Shown piece after piece: positions 33,151 through 42,940 of a stretch of 64,000 bases of DNA (position 1 is its first letter; every line of letters begins with the position of its first letter). The notes under the pieces were generated by a model that was not told the origin of the DNA, ran no database searches, and saw nothing but the letters and a program-made list of their open reading frames with translations. The position numbers and the translations under genes were made by a program. The stretch is taken from the NCBI GenBank assembly GCA_047947115.1, contig CP170459.1:5472001-5536000 (forward strand), written 5' to 3'. The stretch is from Verrucomicrobiota bacterium. Lineage in GTDB: Bacteria; Verrucomicrobiota; Verrucomicrobiia; Limisphaerales; AAA164-E04.

Positions 33151-33375
33151 AGAAAAAAGACCTCAAATAGCCCTTTATTTTAACCGCACCACCGCGAGAG
33201 CGGGATCTGCGAAATTAAACAGATGATCGCAGATTCTTAATACTTTAGAACATCAGTTCGACTTGGGATCTGGGAGATGAACCATTGATTTCAGCAAATA
33301 CGTAAACCATGATGCATAGGGAAAGAAAAAAATATCTGCGATCATCTGCTGAATCTCGCAGATCCCGCTACCGCG

Positions 33376-34888
33376 CATGCGCGTCAGGATAAAAATGATT
33401 ATTTTTAACGATAAAGCTGTATTTTATGTACAGTTTGCTTTCTACTTTTCCGAATGACTCTCCAACAAATCCTTGTCAGACAATATCATCTTCAGATCTT
33501 CAACACACAACAAGACCTCAACCCAAATGTTTGACTTTACTCCCAGATTCACAAGGGGTTTCCCTGCCTCATGAATGGCACCGATGTGCCCAAACATTAA
33601 CCGGTTGGTTCGCTGATTTCGATTTCCAGACACTTGCTCGCGCCACCGGCTTTGTCCTGCGAACTCCGCGAAAAATAATGCCCGAATTTTTTCTACAAGC
33701 GACTATTCTATTGGTTTGCCAAGGCACCGCAAGTTTGAGTCGATGGGCGACTTTGTTGGGAATTTTGAGCAATAATACTATTGCCAAACAGTCATTGTGG
33801 GAACGAATGAACCAGGGCGCTGTGAATTATATTCAATGCATCCTGGCGCTAGTATTAAGCGCCAAATCCAAAGACAATGGCCGCAACGTCCCAAACAAGT
33901 TCAATCGATTTCCACGAATCCTTGTTCATGATAGCACGACCATCAAAGTAAATTCGAAACTGGCGGCTGCTTTTCCCGGTTCGGCTAACCAAAGTGGTTC
34001 CAAAATTGCATCGCTGAAAATACAAGCCATTCAGGATATACAAAATCAACAATTCCTCTACTTCGGGATAAGTGGATTTAGACGTAACGACCAAACCGCA
34101 ACTTATGATATTTTGAAAGTCATACGTAAGGGGGACTTAATACTCCGTGACTTGGGCTATTTCGTGATAGAATCATTCCAACAGATAGCAAACGCTGGAG
34201 CCTATTATTTGAGTCGAATCCGATTGGATATCGAAGTGAGGGACCCAGCCACAGGAGAAAAAATCGATTTACTCAAAAAACTGAAACGATTAGGAAATTT
34301 GGACTTTGATGTTTTGCTCTCAGATAAGCAGTTACCCGTGCGATTGGTGGCCATCAAACTTCCCGATGAGATCGCGGCAGAACGGCGACGCAAAGCCAAG
34401 AGCAATCGTGATAAAAGGCGAAAGCCCAATGCCCAAAGGTTGGAGTTGCTTGGTTGGGCGATATTCACAACCAATGTTCCCCAGAACGAATGCACAGCAA
34501 AAGAAGTGGCAAAGATCTACGGTTTGCGCTGGCGGATAGAAACCATTTTTAAGGCATGGAAAAGCCATTTTCGTATCACCGAGGTTCCTGACGGTTCTGC
34601 AGAGCAACTCCGGATAGTGGTTTGTGCACGACTCATTTTTATTACCGTTCTTACAAACTTGATAGAGCGTGACTGGCTTGCCCCGGGGCAGACTTGCAAC
34701 GCGGCGCATTTGAGCATGTTGAAAGTGGCTGCTCTACTGGGAGATTACTTTTTGGCTCTGTGTTTTGAAGCGTGGAATGTACAAGTCAGCGATGCTATCC
34801 CTATACAAATGAGATACCAATGCAAATATGACAAACGATCTCGTCAAAACTATGAACAAAACCTCCTGGCTTTATCCTGACGCGCATG
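33376..34888 (+). mobile_element. Complete IS4-family insertion sequence (1513 bp)
   Basis: 18-bp TIRs CATGCGCGTCAGGATAAA / TTTATCCTGACGCGCATG; 10-bp target duplication CGCTACCGCG at 33366-33375 and 34889-34898. Confidence 0.95.
33426..34880 (+). CDS. IS4-family DDE transposase
   Basis: LVHDSTTI, ILRDLGYF, YGLRWRIETIFKAWK (YREK signature); stop codon lies in the right TIR. Confidence 0.95.
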   Translation: MYSLLSTFPNDSPTNPCQTISSSDLQHTTRPQPKCLTLLPDSQGVSLPHEWHRCAQTLTGWFADFDFQTLARATGFVLRTPRKIMPEFFLQATILLVCQGTASLSRWATLLGILSNNTIAKQSLWERMNQGAVNYIQCILALVLSAKSKDNGRNVPNKFNRFPRILVHDSTTIKVNSKLAAAFPGSANQSGSKIASLKIQAIQDIQNQQFLYFGISGFRRNDQTATYDILKVIRKGDLILRDLGYFVIESFQQIANAGAYYLSRIRLDIEVRDPATGEKIDLLKKLKRLGNLDFDVLLSDKQLPVRLVAIKLPDEIAAERRRKAKSNRDKRRKPNAQRLELLGWAIFTTNVPQNECTAKEVAKIYGLRWRIETIFKAWKSHFRITEVPDGSAEQLRIVVCARLIFITVLTNLIERDWLAPGQTCNAAHLSMLKVAALLGDYFLALCFEAWNVQVSDAIPIQMRYQCKYDKRSRQNYEQNLLALS

Positions 34889-34921
34889 CGCTACCGCGGC
34901 GGTGCGGTTAGAAGAAAAGAA

Positions 34922-34998
<77 letters not shown>

Positions 34999-36152
34999 AA
35001 CCGAAGTGACATTCAAAAACCATTCCAACCGCATTTCAATCCAAAAGATGAATTCTCACGCCTGTCTCGCCAACCCGGCGGACTGAGACGAGGAGGCGCA
35101 GAGGTTTTTAGATAATAACCGGCGTCCCCGCAATTAACCTCCGGTCGTCATCCTGAACGCAAAATCTCAGCACGGCTTGCTCGCCTCTGAATGTTCTCTT
35201 TGAAAATTCTTTTCGGATGAGGGCGGCTTAAACAACTTACCCAGGTATCCCACAAAAATCTGGTGGAAGTATTCCGAATTACGCAGGGCACCCTTCACGC
35301 CGGAATGTGTGTCATCAGGATGAATCAGAGGGAATCATTCGTGTTGCATCCGCTTTCAAGAGCGATTCAAAGTATAACTTCTGTAAGTACTTTCTCCTCT
35401 ATGCATTCGAAGCGCTCTTATTAGGGTTTACGAAACAAGCCATACCGGTTGATGTTGAGATACCCGCTATGGGTGCCGTGTGTTTACAATTGTTAACATT
35501 GTTGTACTTCAGTATGAGGGCATTCATCATTTGCCCGACGCCCAATTCTGCTTCATTTCATTCTTGCCTCCCGTTGTTTACTTTTGAGTTAAGTTGTCGT
35601 AGAAGATCATCTTTCACATGGTGACACTGATTCATGGAGCTATCGATACATTGAAAACACGATTGGGTAGTATGTATACGACGTGATGTGGCATGAGAGC
35701 TATGTATATGTTTATTTTCGAAAATGGTACTGCGTGAATCGTTCATTCGACGCTAGATGAGGTGAGTTATGGTGCACAACGAACGCGCTTAGTCGTTTCA
35801 AGCCCCTCCCTACGTGAGGGCACTCTGGGGGTTTATGCTGTTTGTACCGGGGATGGTTGAATTCTAACTCCTCTTCACTTAAAAATTTTTTCATCCCCGA
35901 TTCACTTGCGATAACTATTTCCAATAATAAAAGTTAGTAAAATTTACTCATCGTATTTAATCAACATTTTGTAAACGTTCCTTAGATGCGTTTAACTCAT
36001 GTTTTTCTTTTGGTTGTGTGTTTTTTTTATTACCCATACTTTGTATTTGATAAGTTATAGTGCAAATCAAATTATTACTAAATCCGAATACTGGTCTTCA
36101 AATCTGTCACTCACTACGATGTGATCTTTGGTATCTTCTCGCAATATTTATT

Positions 36153-36180
36153 TTGACGTCTCATGTTTTAAAATTATGAT
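36153..36180 (+). promoter_or_regulatory. Putative sigma70 promoter for cassette 1
   Basis: TTGACG-N16-TATGAT, 77 nt upstream of the 36258 start. Confidence 0.45.
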
Positions 36181-36257
36181 TCATTCATCCACTACGGAAT
36201 AAGTAAAAATCTTATTTTCACTTATTCTCAACACTTCCATATAACTACAATATTTCT

Positions 36258-36869
36258 ATGCACATAATTAATAAATTCGGACTCATGGTCATACTTGGGA
36301 TCACTTTCATTTGGAGCACACGTGCTCAAATGGTTCCGTTACCAACCATTTCTTATCCATATCTGTCATGGTGCAGTTACTGGTATAAAACAACATACTA
36401 TCCCACTACTGGACCGTCGTTTTATGATTCTCTTTATACTCGGGCTAATCAGTCATTAAGCGGTACTACTCCCAGCACCTATTCACGGTTTGATAATAAC
36501 GGGAATGTTTCCATTACCTATGGTGGTGGATTTGTGCCTACCGTTAACAATTTTAATTGCACCTATGGACTTGGTACAAACCAGGTTTCAAATCACCGGG
36601 AAACGGCTGAATTCAGTTCTGATTATGTTGTTCCCGGCGCGTTTCCCGGGACAGCGTTCCCTGAACTTAATGTGCAGGTAATTCAAGTGGATTATTATGG
36701 GAACACCGTAGGTGGTAATTGGATGGAGCAAGATACGCTATCCGGCCTGGCTCCAGGATCATCCGGGACATTATCGGTACGTCCTCCATACATGACAAAA
36801 ACTACCTTTTACGCCTCCGGTGGACTGTATTACTTGGATGACGATGAGGATGAGGGCTGGAGCTTTTAA
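36258..36869 (+). CDS. Secreted hypothetical protein (cassette 1 lead protein), S/T/Y/G/N-rich with acidic C-terminus
   Basis: Signal peptide ending ...STRA|QMVPLPTISYP; ends LYYLDDDEDEGWSF; AT-rich DNA. Confidence 0.8.
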   Translation: MHIINKFGLMVILGITFIWSTRAQMVPLPTISYPYLSWCSYWYKTTYYPTTGPSFYDSLYTRANQSLSGTTPSTYSRFDNNGNVSITYGGGFVPTVNNFNCTYGLGTNQVSNHRETAEFSSDYVVPGAFPGTAFPELNVQVIQVDYYGNTVGGNWMEQDTLSGLAPGSSGTLSVRPPYMTKTTFYASGGLYYLDDDEDEGWSF

Positions 36870-36890
36870 GTAAGATCTAACCCTACAATC

Positions 36891-36935
36891 ACATACTACG
36901 TGAAGCACATTTCAGAGTCCGCGTAGTATGTTTTT
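36891..36935 (+). terminator. Intra-operon stem-loop/terminator after the lead gene
   Basis: ACATACTACG ... CGTAGTATGT then TTTT. Confidence 0.55.
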
Positions 36936-36954
36936 CCTGTAAAACTGCAGCACT

Positions 36955-37815
36955 ATGAATAGACCTTTAAAAATTTGGAAAGGCACTGCAATCATTATTG
37001 CAACCAGTCTATTTGTCTGTTACCTCCTGAACAAGGATACCAGTCATAATAAAAGGCAAACATTATTGAAGTATAAGGATTCAACACCAAAGATCCATTC
37101 ACCCACTGCTACGAGCAGTGACGATATTCCTGACCATATAAGCACCACCAACACGACGATTTCGGACCATCAAGCTTCAGAGGCCTTGCAATCTAGAAAT
37201 CAACTTTTAGCAACGTATCCAGATCTTTACTACAACCCTACAAATCAGTCCCGAACGTATCTGGCCAACCTAAACAGGCATTACTCCATTGCACCATTTG
37301 TCCATAGTCCTTTGAAGGGCTATGAATCCATGCAAACATTGATGCATATGTTGTTAGAGAACGGATATGATGTAAAATATTGGGGAGCAGCTGTAAACAT
37401 GCTTAAGCTATACCATAAATCCATTGATATCCGGCGGAGTCAACTTCGGGATTTGGGATTGCCAGCTGATGATATACAAGAGCAACTCGACGAATTTATT
37501 GAAACCGATAGAAGGTTACAATCGATTAAAGACGGGTTTACCTTTACCACTGGCATACGTAACAAGGCATTACTTTCAGACATATTCAATTTGGAGTTTC
37601 CTGCAGCGGGACTGGAAGAAAGTTTGGCTGATCCAACCCTTACCATTCTTGGAGACAGGTTGTTGACCGACTCAGATTGGCTGACACCAGAATTTCAGGA
37701 ATCACAAAAAAAGTATTCCGGATTGCCCAAACGCCCCACACAGCCTGGCATGCAGTTCTTAAAGCCCGGTTCAGAAAAAGATACTCAGCGGTTATTGGAT
37801 CACGATGCACAATAA
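36955..37815 (+). CDS. Membrane-anchored hypothetical protein, cassette paralog P1
   Basis: N-terminal TM helix; YYNP...RH...HSP...GYD...TGIRNKAL..IFNL...GDRLLTDSDW. Confidence 0.8.
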   Translation: MNRPLKIWKGTAIIIATSLFVCYLLNKDTSHNKRQTLLKYKDSTPKIHSPTATSSDDIPDHISTTNTTISDHQASEALQSRNQLLATYPDLYYNPTNQSRTYLANLNRHYSIAPFVHSPLKGYESMQTLMHMLLENGYDVKYWGAAVNMLKLYHKSIDIRRSQLRDLGLPADDIQEQLDEFIETDRRLQSIKDGFTFTTGIRNKALLSDIFNLEFPAAGLEESLADPTLTILGDRLLTDSDWLTPEFQESQKKYSGLPKRPTQPGMQFLKPGSEKDTQRLLDHDAQ

Positions 37816-38503
37816 CAACACAACAGGCACCATAGCCATCATGTGCACAGCAATCATTTTGTTGGTTGGATATTTGGTATTACATCAGCGTCATATTCCC
37901 GTTGAGCAGAAAGCCGTACCGGCACCAGGAGCGGCCGCTCCCTCCAGTCACCCTCCTCAGTCACATGCTATTACTGGCAACGTAATGGAAATCACAAAAT
38001 CAAGAGAGGCACTAAATACATGGCGACTTGAACATCCAGATGCATTCTATAACCCGGGCAATAGCAGTGAGGAGTATGGGAGAAACTATCTGAGACATAA
38101 CCAAATTGCACAGTACTACTATTCCCCAATACGTGATCATCCAGAAATGCAGAAGTTATTAAACCTCATCAAACAGCACGGATATGACATCATGGACTGG
38201 GTTAACATAGTTGTGATACTTACCGATTACCACAGGCCTGTGGCGTTAATTCGGAATAAGCTTATTGAAGCAGGATTTCATGAAGATGAGATCGAGTTAC
38301 AAATAGCAGAACCGCGACAGATGCAGGAGCAGAGAATCGACATGTACAAGGTAGAAATACGCCAGTTAACAGGAATACAGGATGAAGGATTTTTGGATAC
38401 CATCTTTAACTTGGCGATGCCGTTGGATGTAACCAAACCTACAATGCTCGGAAGAAAAACACTTCATCCCGGAGATGCATTCTTGACGGATACTGATTGG
38501 TGA
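37805..38503 (+). CDS. Membrane-anchored hypothetical protein, cassette paralog P2
   Basis: N-terminal TM helix; FYNP...RH...YYSPIR...GYD...TGIQDEGFL..IFNL...PGDAFLTDTDW. Confidence 0.8.
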   Translation: MHNNNTTGTIAIMCTAIILLVGYLVLHQRHIPVEQKAVPAPGAAAPSSHPPQSHAITGNVMEITKSREALNTWRLEHPDAFYNPGNSSEEYGRNYLRHNQIAQYYYSPIRDHPEMQKLLNLIKQHGYDIMDWVNIVVILTDYHRPVALIRNKLIEAGFHEDEIELQIAEPRQMQEQRIDMYKVEIRQLTGIQDEGFLDTIFNLAMPLDVTKPTMLGRKTLHPGDAFLTDTDW

Positions 38504-38798
38504 CGGGTGGGGTGCAGATGCAAAGTCGGAGCAGGATGCCGGAATGATCAATTTGGGAGCGGATTTTAGGATGCCCTGGCTGCAACAGACGGACAACGGC
38601 CACGGTTCATGCCGGTAGAGAGGTTCTTCTGAAACTCGAAACCGATCCGGACCAGACTGTCTTTCAAGGTATTGCAACCCAGCCTGTCAATTGACTGAAT
38701 TCGATACTGGAGTAGTTTTCGTCCTCTCATTAAGGCATTCAGACACGAATAGGGAGAGAGTCTGGTAAGAGCAGCATTTGAACTTCAGGGAGGATCGT

Positions 38799-39866
38799 TT
38801 ACTCCCAAACTTCTTTGAGGATCTTGCCTGGTCCTTGACCGGATAACAGATCGATGATTTTGTCGGCGGGTATGGATACGGTGAAGCTGCCTTCCGCATA
38901 GGAGGCAACAGCGTACGGGGCGAAGTGGATCGACAGCTTGGTTTCATCAAAGGTGAATGCGTACATCTGCCCAAAGTTCAGGAATGTCAGTGAGCCTTTG
39001 ACAACCTGCGATGCTCCCTGTGATGAAAGTGACTCGATGCACAGATCGCTCAATGCTTGTTCTGCTGGCGAAGCTGGATCGAATAAATCTTCCAGCCTGA
39101 AAACGTGTTGATTGTTGCCGGCTCTGTAAGCATTGACTGGTTTGTAGACAAGATTGCCATGGGCACCACCTGTATACTCATGATACATGCCCTGAAGGCT
39201 CAACAGGTTCTTGTTTTGGAAACTCTTGGTGAAAGTCCAATGCTGCCACCACATGTTGGGTGCTGTCGGGTGTCTGAAGAACTGCCAAGCTTCCTTATAA
39301 GCTCCCTTGAAAAACGTGGATCGGGCACTTCCCGGGATCAGGATAAGTATCTTGGATATCACCGATTCCTGCCAAGGATCGAGATCGGACATGGGTTCCA
39401 ATCTTATTCGCAGTGTTTTCTTTAATCCGCGTTTTCCGAAAAGGAATCCACTTGAAACACTCATTTCTTCATAGCGAGTGACTGTTGACAGTTAAATTTT
39501 TTCGGGATCCGTTCCTGGTGCAATAGTCCAAAGACCGTCGGCTGGAACCTTGTCAATGCCATCAAGCCAAGTCAAAAGCCCTTGAGTGTTTTCAGCTGTG
39601 GTTCGGAACGGCGAGACCTGCCAGGTATTCTCTTTCTTTGAATCATCCTGATTCACATGCCAGGAGCGGGTTCCATCGCTTAGGGACAAGGTGCCATATC
39701 CACGGTCTTCATCCCATTGCAGGTCGATGGGGCCCAGTTCGGTCGTTCCCTGATACCGGACCAGAGAGCCTGGATGGAATGATGGAAACACCACGGATTT
39801 GATCGCCCACGCGGCAAGCAAGACCACTGCGACCGACAGAAGGATAACAAGCTTTCGTTTGTTCAT
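38799..39866 (-). pseudogene. DUF3298/RsiV-like membrane-anchored protein split by an in-frame TAA
   Basis: ORFs 39492-39866 and 38799-39464 are in one frame (...EKI*LSTVTRYEEMSVS...); EYTGGAHGN, LEDLF, FAPYAVASYAEG motifs. Confidence 0.75.
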
Positions 39867-39942
39867 TTTAAAATCGCAGAATTTTTAAGACAGGATGAAT
39901 TCACCTCAGAAATCTCCTTCGTGAGGAAGGGCCAGCTAACAT

Positions 39943-40095
39943 TTAGAAAGCAGTTGCTCTACTCAAATGAGCCACGGACGCTACCGACGGAGACCATTCA
40001 AAAACCATTCCAACCTCATTTCAATTCAAAAGATCAATGCTCACGCCTGTCTCGCCAACCCGGGGGACTGAGACGCGGAGGCCCAGAGATTTTTC
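39943..40095 (-). repeat. Decayed duplicate of the tRNA-Arg 5' half plus ~110 bp of its upstream region (copy of 34960-35110)
   Basis: TTAGAA(A/G)GCAGTTGCTCTA...CATTCAAAAACCATTCCAACC...TCACGCCTGTCTCGCCAACCCGG.GGACTGAGACG. Confidence 0.9.
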
Positions 40096-40108
40096 AGACG
40101 AAATAATC

Positions 40109-40390
40109 GTAGGGTCGAGTGCCACCTCGAACCCAAATTTCACCCTCAGGTTGCCCATCACCAAAGGGAATGGAACGTGGACAAACCATTGTTCATCGGT
40201 TGACTGTGCCATGTCCATAGAATCCGGATTGATTTTCCGATGCACCGAGGATTGAAGTGGGTTCGAGACGGCGCTCGCCCCTCCAGGAGGGAACCACCAC
40301 TAAAACCCCAGAGGGGTGAACCATCACCAGCCCAGTGCATCGCGCTGGGTTAATGGCCCCAAATTTACAAAGCCCTGAAGGGGCGCACGA
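40109..40390. repeat. Cluster of short REP-like palindromes
   Basis: GTAGGGTCGAG-TGCCAC-CTCGAACCC; CCCCAGAGGGG...CCCAGTGCATCGCGCTGGG...GCCCTGAAGGGGC. Confidence 0.5.
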
Positions 40391-40698
40391 GACATTCCCC
40401 TTCAAATAGCAGACCCCACTTCCACCAAAATCCATCTCGAAGATCCGGATTACCCGGCGACTGTTAATTTCTCAGATCCAGTTTTATGAAGGCTGCTCAT
40501 CCAAGAAAACTACCGTCATCTTAGCTCAATTTGCGACATGTCATCTTAAAAACCGACACCCGACTACAAAATCATACAAACTATGTCGCAATTTCGTTTC
40601 AAGTTCTTATTGTTTAGTTTGCACTTGTATTTTATTTTTTAACTTATAAGTTAAATAGCAAAAATCATCATTTCCAACTTTCATTTTACCATACCGGC

Positions 40699-41469
40699 AT
40701 GAAATACAGCATATCACTGTTCTTTGCTCTCACCTTTGTCCCAGTGACACAAGGTTTGACACAAACCGTAGATCCACTCCCCAACGTGTCCCTCCCCATG
40801 GGGCAAATAAAAAAAATGGGGGCGGATTTTATTAAGGACATCACCGGGAAAGCCGTGGACATGTTTGCGGATTACCTGATCGACTACTCCCACGCCAGCT
40901 TTCAACTCGAACGTGCCTCCTGGCGGGAAGGCTTTTCCCACCGATATGCACAGATTGATAACCAAACTTTCCGACGAGTTGATTGGGCGAACGCTACAAG
41001 GGCCAGCTATCTGACAGAGAGAATCAGAATCCATTTAGAAACAGGTGTAAAAAAAGCTTTACCTCAAACGACAACTGCTTTCTCTGACCACGAAGAAGCC
41101 AACCGTTATTGGCGCTCTTACATAACAGTTAACGAAAAGTTGGAGCGTGAAAAAGCCTGGATCATGAAGATGCATCATCGCTTACGAAACACCTATTACA
41201 AAGGCGCAACATTCCCCAGCAAACAAATGACTGGCCCACTTTACCCCAGAATTTACTGTCGTGTTACAACGCTTCCCAATCTTGAAATCAATGGTTCCAA
41301 CAGAGGATTCCAATCAGGATATGCACGGGGATACAAATCTGTTTACGTGCCCCTGAATGGCGTATCGAGTGATTTCGAACTTCTCAGCCGTGCTAATTCC
41401 AGGCTCGATTGCGATCACACGACCGATTTATTTGTCCCGGGAGAAGATGACAACGGTATGAATACCTAG
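40699..41469 (+). CDS. Secreted hypothetical protein (cassette 2 lead protein) with acidic C-terminus
   Basis: Signal peptide then TVDPLPNVSLP; ends DLFVPGEDDNGMNT. Confidence 0.8.
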   Translation: MKYSISLFFALTFVPVTQGLTQTVDPLPNVSLPMGQIKKMGADFIKDITGKAVDMFADYLIDYSHASFQLERASWREGFSHRYAQIDNQTFRRVDWANATRASYLTERIRIHLETGVKKALPQTTTAFSDHEEANRYWRSYITVNEKLEREKAWIMKMHHRLRNTYYKGATFPSKQMTGPLYPRIYCRVTTLPNLEINGSNRGFQSGYARGYKSVYVPLNGVSSDFELLSRANSRLDCDHTTDLFVPGEDDNGMNT

Positions 41470-41471
41470 GC

Positions 41472-42191
41472 ATGTCCATGAAGCAGCCCCAGATACCGAC
41501 AAAAATCCACAAACCTCTCAGTCTGATACATGTGATGATCTCGACTGGGCTGGTCGTATGGATACTACTGCTGGGTTTTCGTATCATCAGGAAACAAGTT
41601 CCTTCCGTTGAAGCTGCTGACGAAAAGGAATCCACTGCCATCGTTCATCGTGCAACAGCCGAAAGCAATTCCGGCACTCAAGCTGAATCCTTCTTTCAGC
41701 AAATCAAATCCGGCTTGCAACAACCCCGCCTGTTTCCCTTTAAGCCCGAGTTGTCGGGGGAAACATACGACCCGGAAATCCCTTTGGATGCCCCTGCGGT
41801 GGAACGGCTGAAGCGTCATGTGATGCTTCGCAATTTCTACACCTCCCCTGCAAGACTGACTGCTGAGTTCAAGGCATTGAGTGATCTCCTCGCAGATCAT
41901 GGATTGGAGTTGGATCCGATTCTAATAAGAAATCTTTACACCTGTTTGGAATGGATCGAATCCAACAGGAACTTGCCAAAGGAGAACCCGGAACTGGTCG
42001 CCCATCAAATCCGCCATGAACTGGATCAAATGACCGCAGATGACACGGCTTATGCTGTTGAGACAGCCAAAAACCTATTGCCTGTCGAAGACGCATTATT
42101 CTGGTCTGCGTTTTTTGAGATTCGCCCCAAAGTCCCATTTCCTGCTCCGGATACCCGAGTAGAACCTGGCGAATACCTGTTGATCCGATAA
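41472..42191 (+). CDS. Membrane-anchored hypothetical protein, cassette paralog P3
   Basis: TM helix; TYDPE...LKRHVMLRNFYTSPARL...VEDALF...RVEPGEYLL. Confidence 0.82.
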   Translation: MSMKQPQIPTKIHKPLSLIHVMISTGLVVWILLLGFRIIRKQVPSVEAADEKESTAIVHRATAESNSGTQAESFFQQIKSGLQQPRLFPFKPELSGETYDPEIPLDAPAVERLKRHVMLRNFYTSPARLTAEFKALSDLLADHGLELDPILIRNLYTCLEWIESNRNLPKENPELVAHQIRHELDQMTADDTAYAVETAKNLLPVEDALFWSAFFEIRPKVPFPAPDTRVEPGEYLLIR

Positions 42192-42229
42192 GTCGACATG
42201 AAGGTTTCATCCAACAATCAATCACCTCC

Positions 42230-42940
42230 ATGACCACCCAACCAACAGGTAGCAAAGGGAATTTTGCGACAACAAGCCTCATGGTCCTGCTGGGGCTTAC
42301 AAACGTCCTGGTAGCCGTGATGACGTTTCGCGGTGAATCCCAGGCGCTTCCAAAAAGATCCGACCAGAACCCCAATGTTCAATCAACCACTACAGAAACG
42401 AACCCCCAGCTTTCCAATACGATGACGCAGGCGGAATCGCTGCTTCAAACGGTCAAAGCAGGCCTCCAGCAACCCCGCCAATTCCCCTTTACGCCGGAGT
42501 GGTCTGAGGAAACGTATGATCCGGAAACTACGTTGGACAAGGAGACTTTGATAAAACTGAAGCGACACGTAATGCTCCGGAATTTCTATTCATCCAATGC
42601 CCGATTGACTCCGGCATTCAGACAGCTGATTGGACTGTTGTCGGAATGGGGAATTGAGTCCGACCCAATCCTCGTTCAGCAACTTTTCGGACCTCTTCGC
42701 GGTATGGAAATGCATCGTGAAGGGACAAGGGAAAATCCGGAGCTTGTAGAGCCAAGCATTAAAAAGGAGCTGCAAGAAATGCTTACCACGGACAAAGCAT
42801 ACTTTTCCCAGGTTGTTAAGGAGTTGTTGAACATAGAAGACCCAGCCTTCATCACCGCCCTTCTCAAACTGCGGCCCAAGGAAGGATTCGGGATGCCTGA
42901 CACCCGCATCGAACCCGGCGAACGTTTACTGATACAATGA
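42230..42940 (+). CDS. Membrane-anchored hypothetical protein, cassette paralog P4 (close paralog of P3)
   Basis: TM helix; TYDPE...LKRHVMLRNFYSSNARL...NIEDPAF...RIEPGERLL. Confidence 0.82.
   Translation: MTTQPTGSKGNFATTSLMVLLGLTNVLVAVMTFRGESQALPKRSDQNPNVQSTTTETNPQLSNTMTQAESLLQTVKAGLQQPRQFPFTPEWSEETYDPETTLDKETLIKLKRHVMLRNFYSSNARLTPAFRQLIGLLSEWGIESDPILVQQLFGPLRGMEMHREGTRENPELVEPSIKKELQEMLTTDKAYFSQVVKELLNIEDPAFITALLKLRPKEGFGMPDTRIEPGERLLIQ

Larger units (their letters stand above)
33181..34910. mobile_element. ~207-bp foldback (MITE-like) element with 54-bp arms, interrupted in its right arm by the IS4 element
   Basis: Left arm 33181-33234; right arm 33334-33375 plus 34899-34910 is its reverse complement with ~6 mismatches; TA at both termini. 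Confidence 0.8.

Noticed and set aside
35300..36250. Short ORFs in the AT-rich leader of cassette 1
   Set aside because: No motifs or coherent frame; cannot be supported as genes
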